A stretch of DNA of 61,355 bases, counting the filler, from Sphacelaria rigidula (Eukaryota): assembly GCA_964200075.2 (NCBI GenBank). It is 8 parts of 8 records of this genome, joined end to end, with 100 filler letters (N's around TTAATTAATTAA, not from the genome) between each part and the next. Parts side by side here need not be neighbours in the genome. Positions count along the whole stretch, not along the records: positions 1 to 7,583 come from CAXNAA020014223.1; positions 7,684 to 15,265 come from CAXNAA020014224.1; 6 more parts are not named here. One strand, given 5' to 3'. The translations under genes were made by a program, and so were the position numbers. Positions 1-12,844 of the stretch are shown here, in pieces. Under the pieces are notes generated by a model that searched no databases, was not told the DNA's origin, and saw only the letters and a list, made by a program, of their open reading frames with translations. The stretch's first letter is position 1. Every line of letters begins with the position of its first letter.

Positions 1-1336
1 GGGATGCGAGGCCAATGGTCTTATGACTATGGCATGCATGATCATGAGTACACCCCCCCACCTCGATGTCCCCCGACACGTTCACTCATCACGCACACAC
101 ACTGTTAATGTCGCCTTCCAGCGCACGAACGTATTCGGCACCTCAAGGCCTAGTCTCAGGACAAACGCGGCACATAGCGGCAACATACGAATTGAAAAAC
201 AAATCACGTGTTTTTCTTGAACAAATCGGGTCCAGAAAGAGGGTTCGTAGCGGGTTGGGGTTAGTCATTTCCAATCCTGGTGTACCCTTGGCACAGTGTT
301 CCAGAAAGGGGTTACGTTGCCCTACATGCGCAATCTACACAAATCGGGCGAAAGTTCAGACTTCGCGGTTGCTGTGAAAGCAGCATATGCGTGTGCTGCG
401 CCAAGTTCCTCAGAGCTTCTTGGTGTGTAATAATATGTCCGACATTGTGTTATCGCGGTTTCTGATGTGTTCCCCACTTCTTGGTGTGAGACAGCAACAA
501 CCCAAGGAAGGCCAGGGTCTACGCCATGAATTCAACACTTGGATCGAGAAACAGACGACGTGCATTATTTTTCGTCTCGTCTCTGACCCCTCCCCCTCCT
601 CGGGACGATTTCGTGATCCGAGGGGTCGACCCGTCCCTTCCTGGGTAGCCAAATAGAGAACGCGCGAAAAACCATACATACAGCCCACACGGTGGTGTGA
701 AACCTCTAGATCCTACGTAGGTACAGTAGTTGCAGCGAATGCTAGATTGGTTGATTTCATTAGTTTGATTGTATATCTTTCGCTCACATGATATATAACG
801 AATGGGATATATATATATATTTATGTAGTGACAAAGGGACCTCAGAACCTTGCATCCGTCAACTTTAACGAATGCTCCACACTATGGCAGTGTTGCTACT
901 TCACTTGAAACTGGCGACTGTTCTGCGCAGATTTCGGGCCTGCTCCCATGCCTATACCCAACCCGAGATCCCCTCTGTGTGTCCACACGATGATTATCGA
1001 GGTCACAATTGACACAATGACTCACAACGTGTACATGGATGCATGCCGACACGTCGCTACAGTTGTACGTCGGGTAAGCTAAGAACCACGAGTCACCGCG
1101 GTACTGCACCAAGGTTTTCGATCACCGCGGAAACCACAATAACTTGATCTGGCCGTGGATGTACCACACGCCGTGTGTGCCACGGTGATACCACGACTCT
1201 CATTTTCTGCACACAACCATTTCTCCAAAAGCCAAGGCGTCGATTCTTGTCATCTCCGGTGGTTTGTCATCTCCGGTGGTGTCAATATCCATTTTTTTCA
1301 TGCACCACGTCAGTTTGATTACGATGTTTCTGTTAA

Positions 1337-1454
1337 CCCTTTTGGAACCCGCTGACGGTTTTTGTTGTTGTAAATCGGCATCATTTTGAGACGAAAATGA
1401 CTGAAAATGATGCCGATTCGCAGGGACAAAAAACGTCAAGGGGTTCCAAAAGGG
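1337..1454. mobile_element. piggyBac-type MITE (118 bp)
   Basis: Perfect 14-bp TIRs CCCTTTTGGAACCC / GGGTTCCAAAAGGG. TTAA on both sides (1333-1336, 1455-1458). Internal inverted motif AATCGGCATCATTTT / AAAATGATGCCGATT. Confidence 0.9.
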
Positions 1455-4400
1455 TTAATCTCCGTGCACAATGTTTCCATTTTTCGACGTCTGGACAGAC
1501 CAAATGCGACGGTCTGAAGTGCGCATGCCCATCGACACCAACTTCGGTTGTTATCGGTGAGGCGGCGGGCAGGCATGGGGAATCGTGGACCGGCTTGGAA
1601 CAAAATGGTTTGATTGCCAAAATACTCAACGATGCTGTTTTTTCGGAACTGTGTCGACACGTACGTAGTGATGGGGGGTCGCGTAGGTTGTGGTGGGCTT
1701 GGAAGTCTGCCGGCCTTGTAGTTGTCAGGGATGATGCACTTCGGTATGCGTGCCATGACTCCCTTACTTTCGGTCGACTCGTGTTGCCGGCGTTTCCGTT
1801 GATTGTTCAAACTTCGTCGTTGGGATTGGTACGCAACCAGGGCTCCCGGCAGGCTTCGTTCTTGGGTCTAGCAGATGTCGGTCTAGGAACATGCGAATAT
1901 TTTGGCGTCCGTAGAAGTTTATTTTTCAATGTTACACGCACCAGCCACATGCGACACATCACTGCACGAGATACGTCGCACAATCATGATGTGCCCACGA
2001 GCATGGCTGTGCAGGGTACCTTGACATGCCTACACAGGGTCCAAAACTGCCACAACCCCTGGGATAGGGTCCATCTTCGAACCCCTCACCAGGGTCCCTG
2101 ACAGAGTTATATCGGTACGCTATGACGGATCCTGTATACCGTCATGTGGGCTGGAAGGGCCTTCCTCTCACTTGTCTCAACTGTGATGATGTCGGATACA
2201 CGGTCTCCTTCACCATCTTGGCTGATGGTAAACGCCCTTACCCCTAGATCATCCCTTTTTGCTGTGGTCTAGACATGACATGCGCGAAGGTGCGCATGGG
2301 ATCAACGCGTAGTGCACCTGCGCGCTCTGTTCATGTTTGGCATTTTCCACGGCGGCGTAAACCCTGGACTCACAATGAGCAAACTCCCAAATTTTATGGC
2401 CCATTCTTCTTGATTGTACGCGGTGCAATCGACGGGTATTACTGGGATTGAAAAAATGCCGAAAACCAGCGTGGTCCATACCCAATTCTTCGGGGCCGGG
2501 ATCTTCAGGCGATACACCTTCGCGTGTCCTTGTGGAAGCTCGTATGACATACAAACTTATGGATAACTCCAGGAACTAACAGTCGTTTGCACAGATGTTC
2601 GTCCACGCTTCGCCGCGTGCGCTGAGCTGCGTACTTTACTGTACTGCACTTACTGTTTGATACCATATTCAACACTTCAACACGCCTTTCTCTTGAACTG
2701 CACCGCAAACACATCAAAGCAAACGAGAAATTGTTGTGCTAGGCGTTTTGCTCAACCGCGCGTCGTGATCTCTCATTTTTTTTGTGGGAAATGCGTAACT
2801 TGACTCTGACGTGCAAAATCACGGTAGTTCTAGGCCTGCCTTTGCAAGTGGCTTGGCTCGAGCATAACAAACGAGCGTAGCAACCGTGGAATTGTCGTGT
2901 GCACGCGAGATGATGGATAAGGGCCCTTCTCAACGACGGGGAAAATCCCCTTTCTCAAAATCCCATTTTTGAAAAACGACCGGTGATTGGTTGCTGCGAT
3001 ACCACCCCCCCCAAAACAATCCCCTCAACGTGCACAGAAATTCCCTCTGGGGAGGGGGTTTTGGGAATTTCAAAACCACTTGCTGAAATCCCCTCTTCCA
3101 GAAGGGATTTCGGTGCACCTCGAGTGGGAACATATATGTCCCGTTGACGGGTGCACATGCAGAGGCTTACCACACAACCCAACACGATCACAGCTGAACC
3201 TGAGGAACTTGGTGGCCCCGCACACTAAAAACACACAGATCGAGCCGTAGCTGCCCATCAGCTGTGAACGTTGTGCGTGCACATATGCATTCGCCTGTAG
3301 TCCGCAAAGTCTGAGCTGCTGCATGGCCGATTTGAGGGTGCATGGACGACATTACCCAAAATCGGTTGGGGCCATGTTGAACGAAAGTCTCCGGCAAAAT
3401 CGCGCTGATGCGTTGGGCATACGCTGCCTGTGTTGTGCCCATCTAGTGTGAAAAGTTTCATGATATGCTACACGAAAAGTTGGATGCTGCGCCAAATTTC
3501 TGGAATTTTTGGCCGAAATCGCACCAGGATCTTCTCCACACATGGACGCACAACTGCGCCGGGGATGCCCCCGTATTTCTTCATATTCACGGAGTTGAAG
3601 AATTCTTCTAGTTGTTGCAGAAACTTCAAATCGCTTCAAATTTCTGCTTTTTTTTTTCTTCCTCCTCGGCATCCCTGGGAGGGTTGTGCGTTTTGATGAT
3701 AAAAATGTTGTATCGAAATTTCACCGCCCGGCCCAAATACATTCACAAATCACCGTCAGCTGGCCCAGCTTGTACCGCACAGAACCCGAGTCAGGATGCC
3801 ATCACGACCGCAGAGCCAGAGTGCACCGTGAAGTTTTGACATACACTATTTTGTGGTGCAGTTTGTTCGGGTTTACCCATTCCAGTATTTCACTCGAAAT
3901 CAGTGACAAAACGTCACATCCTAGCTACTTTTGTTTTAGCAATGCCGTAGTAACACAATCCCTTCCTTCCTGTGCGCTGTGCGTTGCTACACATGAACGA
4001 GGAAGTAGGTACGAGTGTATCCAGTATGACTGCCCGGAGGCAAGCGAAGGTAAACACCTGTAATAGCGAAATCAGAACTATTTTATACCGGTTGCTATTG
4101 CAAGGTGTACTTCACATCTTGCATAAAAACTACAGCGTCCCCCACAAAGTTAGTACGTGCACTAAAATAGAAGTACGGGCGACTACATTTGGACACCGGT
4201 CTATTCCCAATGCATTTGCGCTTGTGTCGTACGGCAAGGTGGGACATTGACCCTTTGAGCGGAGGGCTTCATTTGAATACAACGTTTTAGCCGTATGTCC
4301 CGTGGGATATGTCTCGCCGTATGTTACAGATATGAACACCGTGTAGTACAGGTAGTGCGGTGCTGTATTGGCTGCATATGGTGTGAACGATAGCTTGCAT

Positions 4401-4777
4401 CGAGTGGTACAGCGGTCTGCTGGTGATGAATACTTGCACCTCGGTGTATGCGGCCGCGCAGAGTAGATGATGAGTGATGTTGATCCCACCACCGCAGGCC
4501 AAACGCCTTTGCTTAGCTGCGTTTTACTAGGGCGATGCGTTGCGGAACGAATCGCCGATAGTGGACCACTGAGGGTCGCTTATCGAGGAGGCACGACAAA
4601 AAAACGCGCGATGTTCTCCGCCATCGCTTTTCATCTGCTCCAGGTGCATTAGGGACTGTCCGGCCGCACTACCATCAGCCTGGGGGAGTTGGTCGAATGT
4701 GATGCTCGATGTACGCTGCGAATCTGAGTGCGATTCCTGCCCCACCGCCGGGAGTGTGAGAACCCCGTGTTCAGAGA

Positions 4778-7520
4778 GCAAGTAGACTCTCAATGTGTCA
4801 TCACATTTGCTCCAGTGTACTTCCAAATCGCCCTCTTACTCCCGACAACAGTCTCTCGGACAAAAATCCGGCGTTCCAAATCCCCGACTCACGTAACATG
4901 GCGTTTTCAATACAGACAGAGCCGCTGTTGTTCACACGTATTTGAGGTGTCCATCTAGGGTACATCTGAGGGCTCTGGTAGCAAATCGTTAGAGCGAAAC
5001 ACGGCAGTTATTCCTATCCAGCAAGTGAGATAAAGGTCACGATCCAGCGATCGGATCACCCCCTCTCACGCCCGCCAAGAAAACGGACACACACAATCGG
5101 AGCTGGCCTGTACTTGGTGGAGCCCCTTTCACTACCCTCGGAAGCCAGCCACTCATTTTATGACACTGGACCCCTCGACACATGAACTACGTGAACTACA
5201 TGTGGTGTTCCCCCATGCTTTTCTGAGCAGTACATGTACGCTGTGCACACCGGAAGAACACGTCATCGCTCGCAACTGCGGTCGCTCGCAACTGCGGCAG
5301 TCACACACGATTCTCCAGTTCGCGCCAAGGCGGCCGCAAGTGGGGGGACCGTCAGGCCGAGAGATTGAAATCAATAAATTCATCGATCGACGGGGACAAG
5401 CTGTGGTTGGAAGGTCACACTATAGCGTGTTGTGGACTGTGTCACTTGCCTGAGTGAAGTGCAGTGAAGGTTGCGTGTGCTGAAGGTACAGAGACCAAGG
5501 GTGTTTTCTGAAAAACGATGCAGTCCATGAAATGAATATATATTCGACGGCATTCATTGTCTCGTGTGGTGTTAAGCGACATCGGCCACTTTCCACAAGA
5601 TACTGACGGTACCACATAGTTCTGCACTGTACCTGTCATCGGAGAACACACTGCACACGGTCCCGTGATGAAAAATGACGGGGTATATCACCCCCTTTAT
5701 CGGTGATGGGCTTTCTACCCTCGTTTTTCTCGAGGAGGCGGGCTTCACATTACTCTACGGACCTGTATCACTGAATGAGCCAAGAATGAGATCGAAAAAA
5801 TCTCTTCAATTTCCAGTATTTCCTCGACCTCGTCATCGCAGATTTCGAGTCGACAAAGGGCGGGCAATTTACCCCTGTACCCTCGTTATATGTCCCTGCC
5901 CACCACCCGCTAGACTACACCACACAAAGGTCGAAATTCAATCGGCCTCACCTCCGTAGCGAGTCTCGATGAAATGATGATGTGAATCTTCCTAGCTCCA
6001 CAATAGGCACTACGCTAGTATCGAATTTATCTCTCCTGTAGCCATCACCTGATGGCCTGAGCTTCTGCCTAGCCGTGCCTAGGCTGGTTGTTTTTCGGCT
6101 CCGAGCCCAAAGGGTAACCTCTGCATCTGATAAACGCATTGAATTAAATTACGTATGTAGTGAGTCATTTTCTTGATTACCAACAGCAAAAAAATCCAAC
6201 AGAGAAACAACTCTAAATACTCGCGAGTCGAGCCAAGACTAGACAGAAGGTTAGAAAATCGGAGGCTACAGGGGGGAGGATCCAATACTAGCTTGGCATC
6301 TATTGTGGAGCAAGGGAGAATCACCCGCTTTTTCATCTGGGCTCGCTACAGAGGTGAGGCCAATTGAAGCTTCTCCTTCTGTGCTTATCTAGCGGGCTCT
6401 GGGGGACATAATCACGTGCATGGGGTGAATGGCTCGGTATTTGTTGCCTAAGAGCCTCCGATGGCCAGGTCGTGGAAACACCGGGCATTGAAGAGATTGC
6501 GTTGACCTCATCCAATCACGCTGGGCGGCAGAGTAATGTAGGGCCTGCCTTCTTGAGAAAACCCCAGGCAACAAGCCCATCACCCATGAAAGGGGTTTTA
6601 AAGCCCGTCATTCCTTATCACGAGACCATGTGCTCTTGTGTTCCACACAGGCAGGTACAGTACAAAACCGGGCAGCACCGTCTGTTGCAAAGAGTGATCG
6701 ATATCGCTTTATGTAACACGAGACAACGACTTCGCTTGAATAACATCCATTTCATGGGCTGCACCGTTTTTCAGAAAACGCCCCTGTTGCATTCCTACAA
6801 CACACGCAACCTTCACCGTACTTCACGCCGGCATGTGGCACAGTCCACAACACGCTATAGTGTGAAGCTCTCCAACCACAGCTTGTCCGCGTCGATCGAT
6901 AGAGTTCTTGGGTCCACCCTCTCGGTCTGACGGCCTCGCCAGTGCCGACCGCCTTGGTCGTTGTCGCGGCTCGGAGCGAACGGGAGAGTCGTGTGTAATT
7001 GCTGCAGCTGCGTGCTGTGACTTGTTCTTTTGGTACGTGCACACAACGGGTACAGCACAGCAAGGCACCGTCACCAGGAAACACCGCACATGGTTCATGT
7101 AGTTCCTGGATCTAGTGGCCCAGTAAAATGAAAAGAGCGACCGGTTTTCCGAAGGTAGTGCAAGGGTTTCACCAGGTACAGACCAGCTCCGATTTTGCGT
7201 TTCCGTTCTCTCGGTGACCGGAATATGGGGTGATCCGATCGCTGGATTCTGACTTTTCACTCGCGAGGTCGATCGAAATAAGTTTGACATGATGTATTTT
7301 AACTTTTGCTGCCAGAGCCCTCAGATCAACCCTAGATGGACACCTGAACCAAATATATGTAACGGGCCTTTCCCTATTATGCAAACGCCATGTTACGCGA
7401 GCGACGCGAGCGAGAGATTCGGGATGCCGGATTTCTGCGGAAGGAACTGCTCTTGGAAGTAAGTGAGCGATATCGAATAATACTCAAGCTAAGATGATAA
7501 CACAGTAACAGTCTACGAGC
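4778..7520. repeat. Long diverged inverted repeat (foldback), arms ~4778-6085 and ~6225-7520
   Basis: Collinear reverse-complement matches along both arms, e.g. 5382 ATCGATCGACGGGGACAAGCTGTGGTTGG vs 6872-6900, 5944 GGCCTCACCTCCGTAGCGAG vs 6342-6361, and 4892 CGTAACATGGCGTTT vs 7383-7397. Many substitutions and indels. Confidence 0.85.
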
Positions 7521-7583
7521 TGGGCCAGCCTAGAGGCGGATTTGAAGTTTGCAGGCCCATGCTCTTTTACACATTTAGAGTTG

Positions 7584-7683
7584 NNNNNNNNNNNNNNNNN
7601 NNNNNNNNNNNNNNNNNNNNNNNNNNNTTAATTAATTAANNNNNNNNNNNNNNNNNNNNNNNNNNNNNNNNNNNNNNNNNNNN
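7584..7683. other. Artificial contig linker N44-TTAATTAATTAA-N44
   Basis: 100 bp with stops in all six frames. An identical linker occurs seven times. Confidence 0.98.
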
Positions 7684-8080
7684 TGGCCCAGAAAAGGTAC
7701 GATTGAAAAAGAATTCCTAGATCAGGCATACCTCGGCGAAATGTGGCCTACAAAAGGTAAGCGGTTTCTGCAGGCGACATGTCCTTTTTCGCGTGCCCAT
7801 ATCCCTCGACTAACATGTCTTTTATCCGTTTTTTTCCGAGTCCCGGGTGCCAATGACCCCCTCGAACGATGTGCGTGGAACATGCGGAGCGAAAACGATC
7901 ACAATGGGGTGTTTGGCTGTTTTCGCGTTTCTGGTCATTTTTCGTTCCTTTGTTAGGCAAACAACGAGAAGGTATGCCTTTTCTAGGCCATTGCCCTAAG
8001 ATTTTAGTCTCCGATACTACGGGTGTCGGACGCCAAAACGGTCCAAGCGACGCAATGTGTCAGACTTATGTTTGCGATAA

Positions 8081-8521
8081 ACACGGGATCTTACAGATTG
8101 GGGATGGATATTTTATTGGGGATGAGGAGCCCGGAGAAATACAATCTTCGTATACACACCAAATGTTTGAAACATGGTTTCATTTCTTCACCTACTGATA
8201 GCTCTTGACAATTGCTACACGCCATAGAAATTTGGATTTCGATAACCGAAACCTTGGGGTCTTGGGTGAAAACCCAATTTTGGGGAATTCCGGGTGTCCG
8301 AACGGACGCCAAAATGATTCCGAAATTGGTTTTTAACCTAGGGCCCTAACTTTTCGGTGGTCGAAATCCAAATTTCTACGGCGTGTAGCAGTTATCAATG
8401 GCTATCAGTTGGTGAAGAAATGGAACCATTCTTCGAAGATTTGGTGAGGATACGAAGATTTAGTTCTCCGGGTTTCTCATCCCCAATAAAGGATCCATCC
8501 CCAATTTGTAAGATCTCGTGT
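8081..8521. mobile_element. PIF/Harbinger (Tourist-like) MITE with ~170-bp TIRs
   Basis: Termini ACACG...CGTGT. Arms 8081-8251 and 8352-8521 are reverse complements. TAA flanks both ends (8078-8080, 8522-8524). Confidence 0.85.
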
Positions 8522-8615
8522 TAATAGCGTTGCTCAGCAGTATCAGGCTCTGATACCGCCGTTGTTTCCGGATGGTTTATAATATTTCCGATGTTTTGTT
8601 TTTTTCGGTTGCGTC

Positions 8616-11600
8616 TTGGCGCACCGCGAGGTACCTTACGCCTCCGTTGATGCTGTGTGGTCTGCTTTCGTGCACCAAGAGGGTAATCTAACTCCCGCCA
8701 TACGTGGCAAACCTTCTACGCTTTTGCGTTCACAGCCCACGGTTGTATCCTCCGCTGATGCCCAAGGGTCTCGCGGCAGAAGTTCGAGTTCACTTCGCAC
8801 TTCATGGGCTCCCGACTAGGTCGCCGGTTCAGTTATGCATGTTCAGAGTAACACAGATGAATTTAGTGCAAGTTTCGATGGTTGGCCGTTCTCCGAAGAA
8901 ACTTGGGATGATGTTTATTTGACTTCAACAACGGCATTCATTACAGATGATCCCCATTTGTGGAACCCACTTCTTTTGTCTCCTGCTAGACGCAACGCTT
9001 TCAGCAGTCATGCCAACAGTTGCATTAACTCCAGTGTTCAAGGCCACAGTATGCGCGACTGCGACAGCCCATGCATCAATGCCTTTGATCTCATGAACCC
9101 TGAACTGCAGGACATTCAACCCGCGTGGCGCCGATGGCAAAAACGCATGGGCGACTATCACCCACCGAGTTGAAATTATCGCAATAATTCGAATCAACGA
9201 GGCAGCAATAGCTTTAATCCCGGTCGCCGAAAAAATAACAATAATGCAAGCCCCTGCCAGGAAAAACATAATTCTCGCGACAGCAAACGACCCGCTGATA
9301 GACACCAGCGGATGGGACCGACACAAACCTCGAACCCCAACACAAGAAACCCTGGTACCTCCACTACGGGTCCTAAAGTCTTCCGCGCCGCCGACAGATT
9401 CAGCGAAGGTTTTTCCAACACAGCCGGCGAAGCCCGCGCCTAAGATTGCTCACCCGACTCCCCCGGTATTATCGAGGAGCGCAAAAGACGGCCGTTCAAA
9501 TCGACCTCCGTCTCCACCCTCCACACACCTTTCAACACAGCCCGAAAAGCCCGCGCCTAAGCTTGTTCGCACGGATCCCCCGGCACTATGCAGGAGCGCG
9601 ACTGACGGCCATTCATATCGACCCCCGTCTTCATCCCTCCACGCACCGCATAAAAGCTGTGTCACCCCGCAACTCAGACCTACACCCGGCCCTGAACTTG
9701 GTCCTTCAGTACACTTTCTACGATAGCCCGCCCCCCCCAAACCAGCCCAAAATGTCACGAAAAAATGGTCATACAGCGCCTGATGTTTGGGTTCAGGCTG
9801 TGTCAATCGCCTCATGTGGGCGACATGCATTGGCGAGAATGAACCCAACCGCGGGAATTCCCAGCTGCTTGTTGTGCTCGGCATTTTCCATTTCGATTTA
9901 TTTGTAGGTTTTGCCTCTCCAAACCAGGCACGTTTTGGGGGGGGGGCAGTCGTAGAACGTGTCTCAGTGCCGAGAATAAATCTGAGATGTGGGAGCACCG
10001 ACCGCCAGTCCATGAGGCTTAGGCTTCCCTCAGCGACCGCACGCACAGGTAGTAGCACGCCTTTTTCAGCTGACCCAAGTGTTGCTGATTTGAACTTGAT
10101 CACATCGGATAATGTAGTACCCAAACGCTACCACGCCTACGAAATACGTATCCTTGTTGGACAGCGGCAGCCCGCAAACATTTATTTGAGAATCAACATA
10201 GGAATACATAAACAGGCTGGCGCTGCTACTGCAGCTTGCGAAACCACCACCCAACCTCGAGTATGGGGCGGTTTCGGTGATTCTACCGCACCCACGAACA
10301 TCCGTACGTCTCTGTGTGAATTTTTTTCAGAACACCACTCGTTCTGCCAGCCTGGCCGTCTGGGCATACCTTGTCCCCGACAGCACAATACATCACACCA
10401 TATGTTTGGGCAGATATACTTATATGCGGTTTAATAAACGAACCTACCGCACGCTTCCACCGCTATCGCCACACTCCACGCCTCGTGGAGAATTCAACCT
10501 TGAGCACTTTGGTACGCTCCACGGTGCCCTTGCCTACCAAAATATTACTCAAGTAACCGGAGCTGCTTACCACCAACGATACAGAGGTAGTGTTGGTAAT
10601 ACCCTCTTCGACGATCCTCAACTTTTGGAAGTTGTACTAGTTCGCCGAAATGGTATGTCAGCACTTACGGGTCATTATCTTGCCGAACTGTTACCCCGTA
10701 TTGGCGCACCAGCCGACACAGAACATTTTTTCTCCGCGGGACAACAACTCCTCCTCTTTACGGGTCATGCTAACTTGGAGCCCGGCGATATTATAGGAAC
10801 CGCTGCTGCTCCCGTGGTGCACATCCCACTCGAGACGTGCGGAACAGAGCCTGCCGAGCCCAACACAACATCTCCGACGGAGTCAGTCCATTGTGTCGAT
10901 AACCCTTTTTTCGACCTCGTCTCTGCGGCTCCACCCCAGGTCCACGCCGTGTATCCTGCCCAGTCAAATTCCGATCCTCCTGCTAAAGTGCTTCTACGCT
11001 CATCACCAGATTTTCGGAAAACAATATGCAAATGTGGAACCAACTGCCGCCACACATGCGCGATGTCAATTTTGACCTTCATGGGCTCGGTTGGGAACCG
11101 GCAGTCGCCCGAAAATTCAGTGATGTCCTGTTACAGTAACAAGACCAATTTTCCCGATCCAAGACGGATCTTGAGCATTGCAAAGCGCTGTCTTTTGAGG
11201 TTACCCTCCAACCCGGCGTCTCGCCGATATCTTCTCGACCATACCGGACAAACCCGACCCTTACCAAGAAATTTAATGCCATCTTGGCTGCATACTTGGG
11301 AGCGGGATCAATACGACATCTCTCCTCTCCTTGGGCCTCGCCACTTGTGGTCGTTCCCAAAAAGGATGGAAACATACGCTTAACCGTGAACTACCAACGA
11401 TTGAACCGCGTCACTGTGGTTGGTCAACTTACAATCCCGGTCATTGATGAAGTCTTCGACTCCTTAGGCTAAGGAAACATATTCAGCACCTTCGACTTCG
11501 CTCCTGGATGTTTTCAGAATGCTATCCTCCCTGACAAAGTCCAACTGAGGGCTTTTTGTACCTCGTCCGGGCTCTACGAGTGGCTTCGAATGCCACAAGG

Positions 11601-11795
11601 TGCTGCCACTGCTCCGGGATGCTTTCAACGCTTAATGAAACATGTCACCGAGAGCCTCGAGCACATCATCATGTACCTAGATGACGCTATCGCTTTCGAT
11701 GCCTCACCTATTACACGCATCCGCTCTCTACGAAAATTTCTCTCTCGCATACGCACACACGACTTGAAATTGTCTCCATCCTAAGCTCGCCTTGG
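8616..11795 (+). pseudogene. Degenerate Ty3/Gypsy gag-pol (zinc knuckle, RT), 3'-truncated
   Basis: Degenerate CCHC knuckle CINSSVQGHSMRDC (~9020-9062). RT motifs SPWASPLVVVPKKDGNIRLTVNYQRLN, GLYEWLRMPQG and YLDD (~11674). Stops and frameshifts; ends abruptly after KLSPS*ARLG. Confidence 0.88.
9710..9963. mobile_element. MITE inserted in the Gypsy ORF
   Basis: TIRs (T/G)ACAC(T/G)TTCTACGA..GCCCCCCCC. TCAG direct repeat at 9706-9709 and 9964-9967. A second copy lies in opposite orientation at ~53362-53600. Confidence 0.8.
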
Positions 11796-12310
11796 TGTGG
11801 AGGTATAAGCAACTACCGCAAGCAGTAATGCCGTATACGCCGAACACAAGCAAGCCACACCCTTGTGGGGCGTGGGCAAGCGGTCCTGTTTTCGACTTGC
11901 TAACTCAAATTGTTGATTCACTCTCTCAATACAATAGCCCAGCTGTCAAAAGGGGAAACAGCCCCAAAGCCAGCAAACAAGTAACAATGTGAATGAGGGT
12001 AGACATACAGAAGTGCTAAGACTCACGTCAGAGCTGTGGACTCGCGACACTAAAGACAGGAGATCGGTGGGTAGATGATGAGTAAAAGCTCTTCTTTATC
12101 CAAGAAGGCCTGATGACTGTAGTCGTGGTTTTCGAGTGCGACAGGTGGGTAGAACAGCTGCCCATACATCCGTCTGCCCCACCTACAATCTCGTCATAAT
12201 ACAAAATCACCGTGACGCGCCGTACCTTTAGGTTATGAAGGCTGTAGTAGCAGCAGGTACACGCGGCTAATCGGGTACAATCCATCTACCTTCAACCCGC
12301 TGCGTCAACA
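11796..12310. mobile_element. Candidate LTR-like segment interrupting the Gypsy RT
   Basis: Begins TGTGGA exactly where RT homology stops and ends TCAACA. No TSD, PPT or second copy is seen. Confidence 0.3.
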
Positions 12311-12729
12311 ATACAAGGATCGAAATCCTGTCTCATACAAACACACACTCGACTAAAATCTCTCCATACCCGCTGGTCATTTCTAGGAACCATCTGCATA
12401 TCCCGAAGAACTAATGTTAATTCAGGCAATCAGTCATTTACCATCACATTTGCCCACCCTGGATCGTTCAAGTGCAGTCGCTTTTTAGAAGGGACGAACT
12501 TGCATCGAGCCACACCTCTCCCACACCACAGAAAATTGAGACTCCATTTGAAGATCGAGTCCTCTTGGGTGCGGGGAACGGTAAAGGACGATCAACACAA
12601 AAAAATCAGAAACTCACCAACACAAGCACAAAGTAAAGAGAAAAAAAATCGAACCCATACAATGATTCGGTGTCCTCATGTTCCGTGAGTTCTTCAGACG
12701 GGGTCATGAGAAAGAAAAAGAAAACGAAA

Positions 12730-12770
12730 AAGAAGAAGAAGAAGAAGAAGAAGAAGAAGAAGAAGAAGAA

Positions 12771-12829
<59 letters not shown>

Positions 12830-12844
12830 GTAATAATAATAATA
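12730..12844 (+). repeat. Compound microsatellite (AAG)n(AAT)n
   Basis: Direct reading: AAG run 12730-12771, then AAT run to ~12844. Confidence 0.97.

Noticed and set aside
1950-2150. Minus-strand YRYNSV...PAQPCSWAHHDCATY resembling a Ulp1/C48 peptidase motif
   Set aside because: No catalytic HW seen and many stops; too weak to call without a profile search.
7628-7639. TTAATTAATTAA motif recurring about every 7.68 kb
   Set aside because: Artificial six-frame-stop linker within N runs, not biological periodicity.
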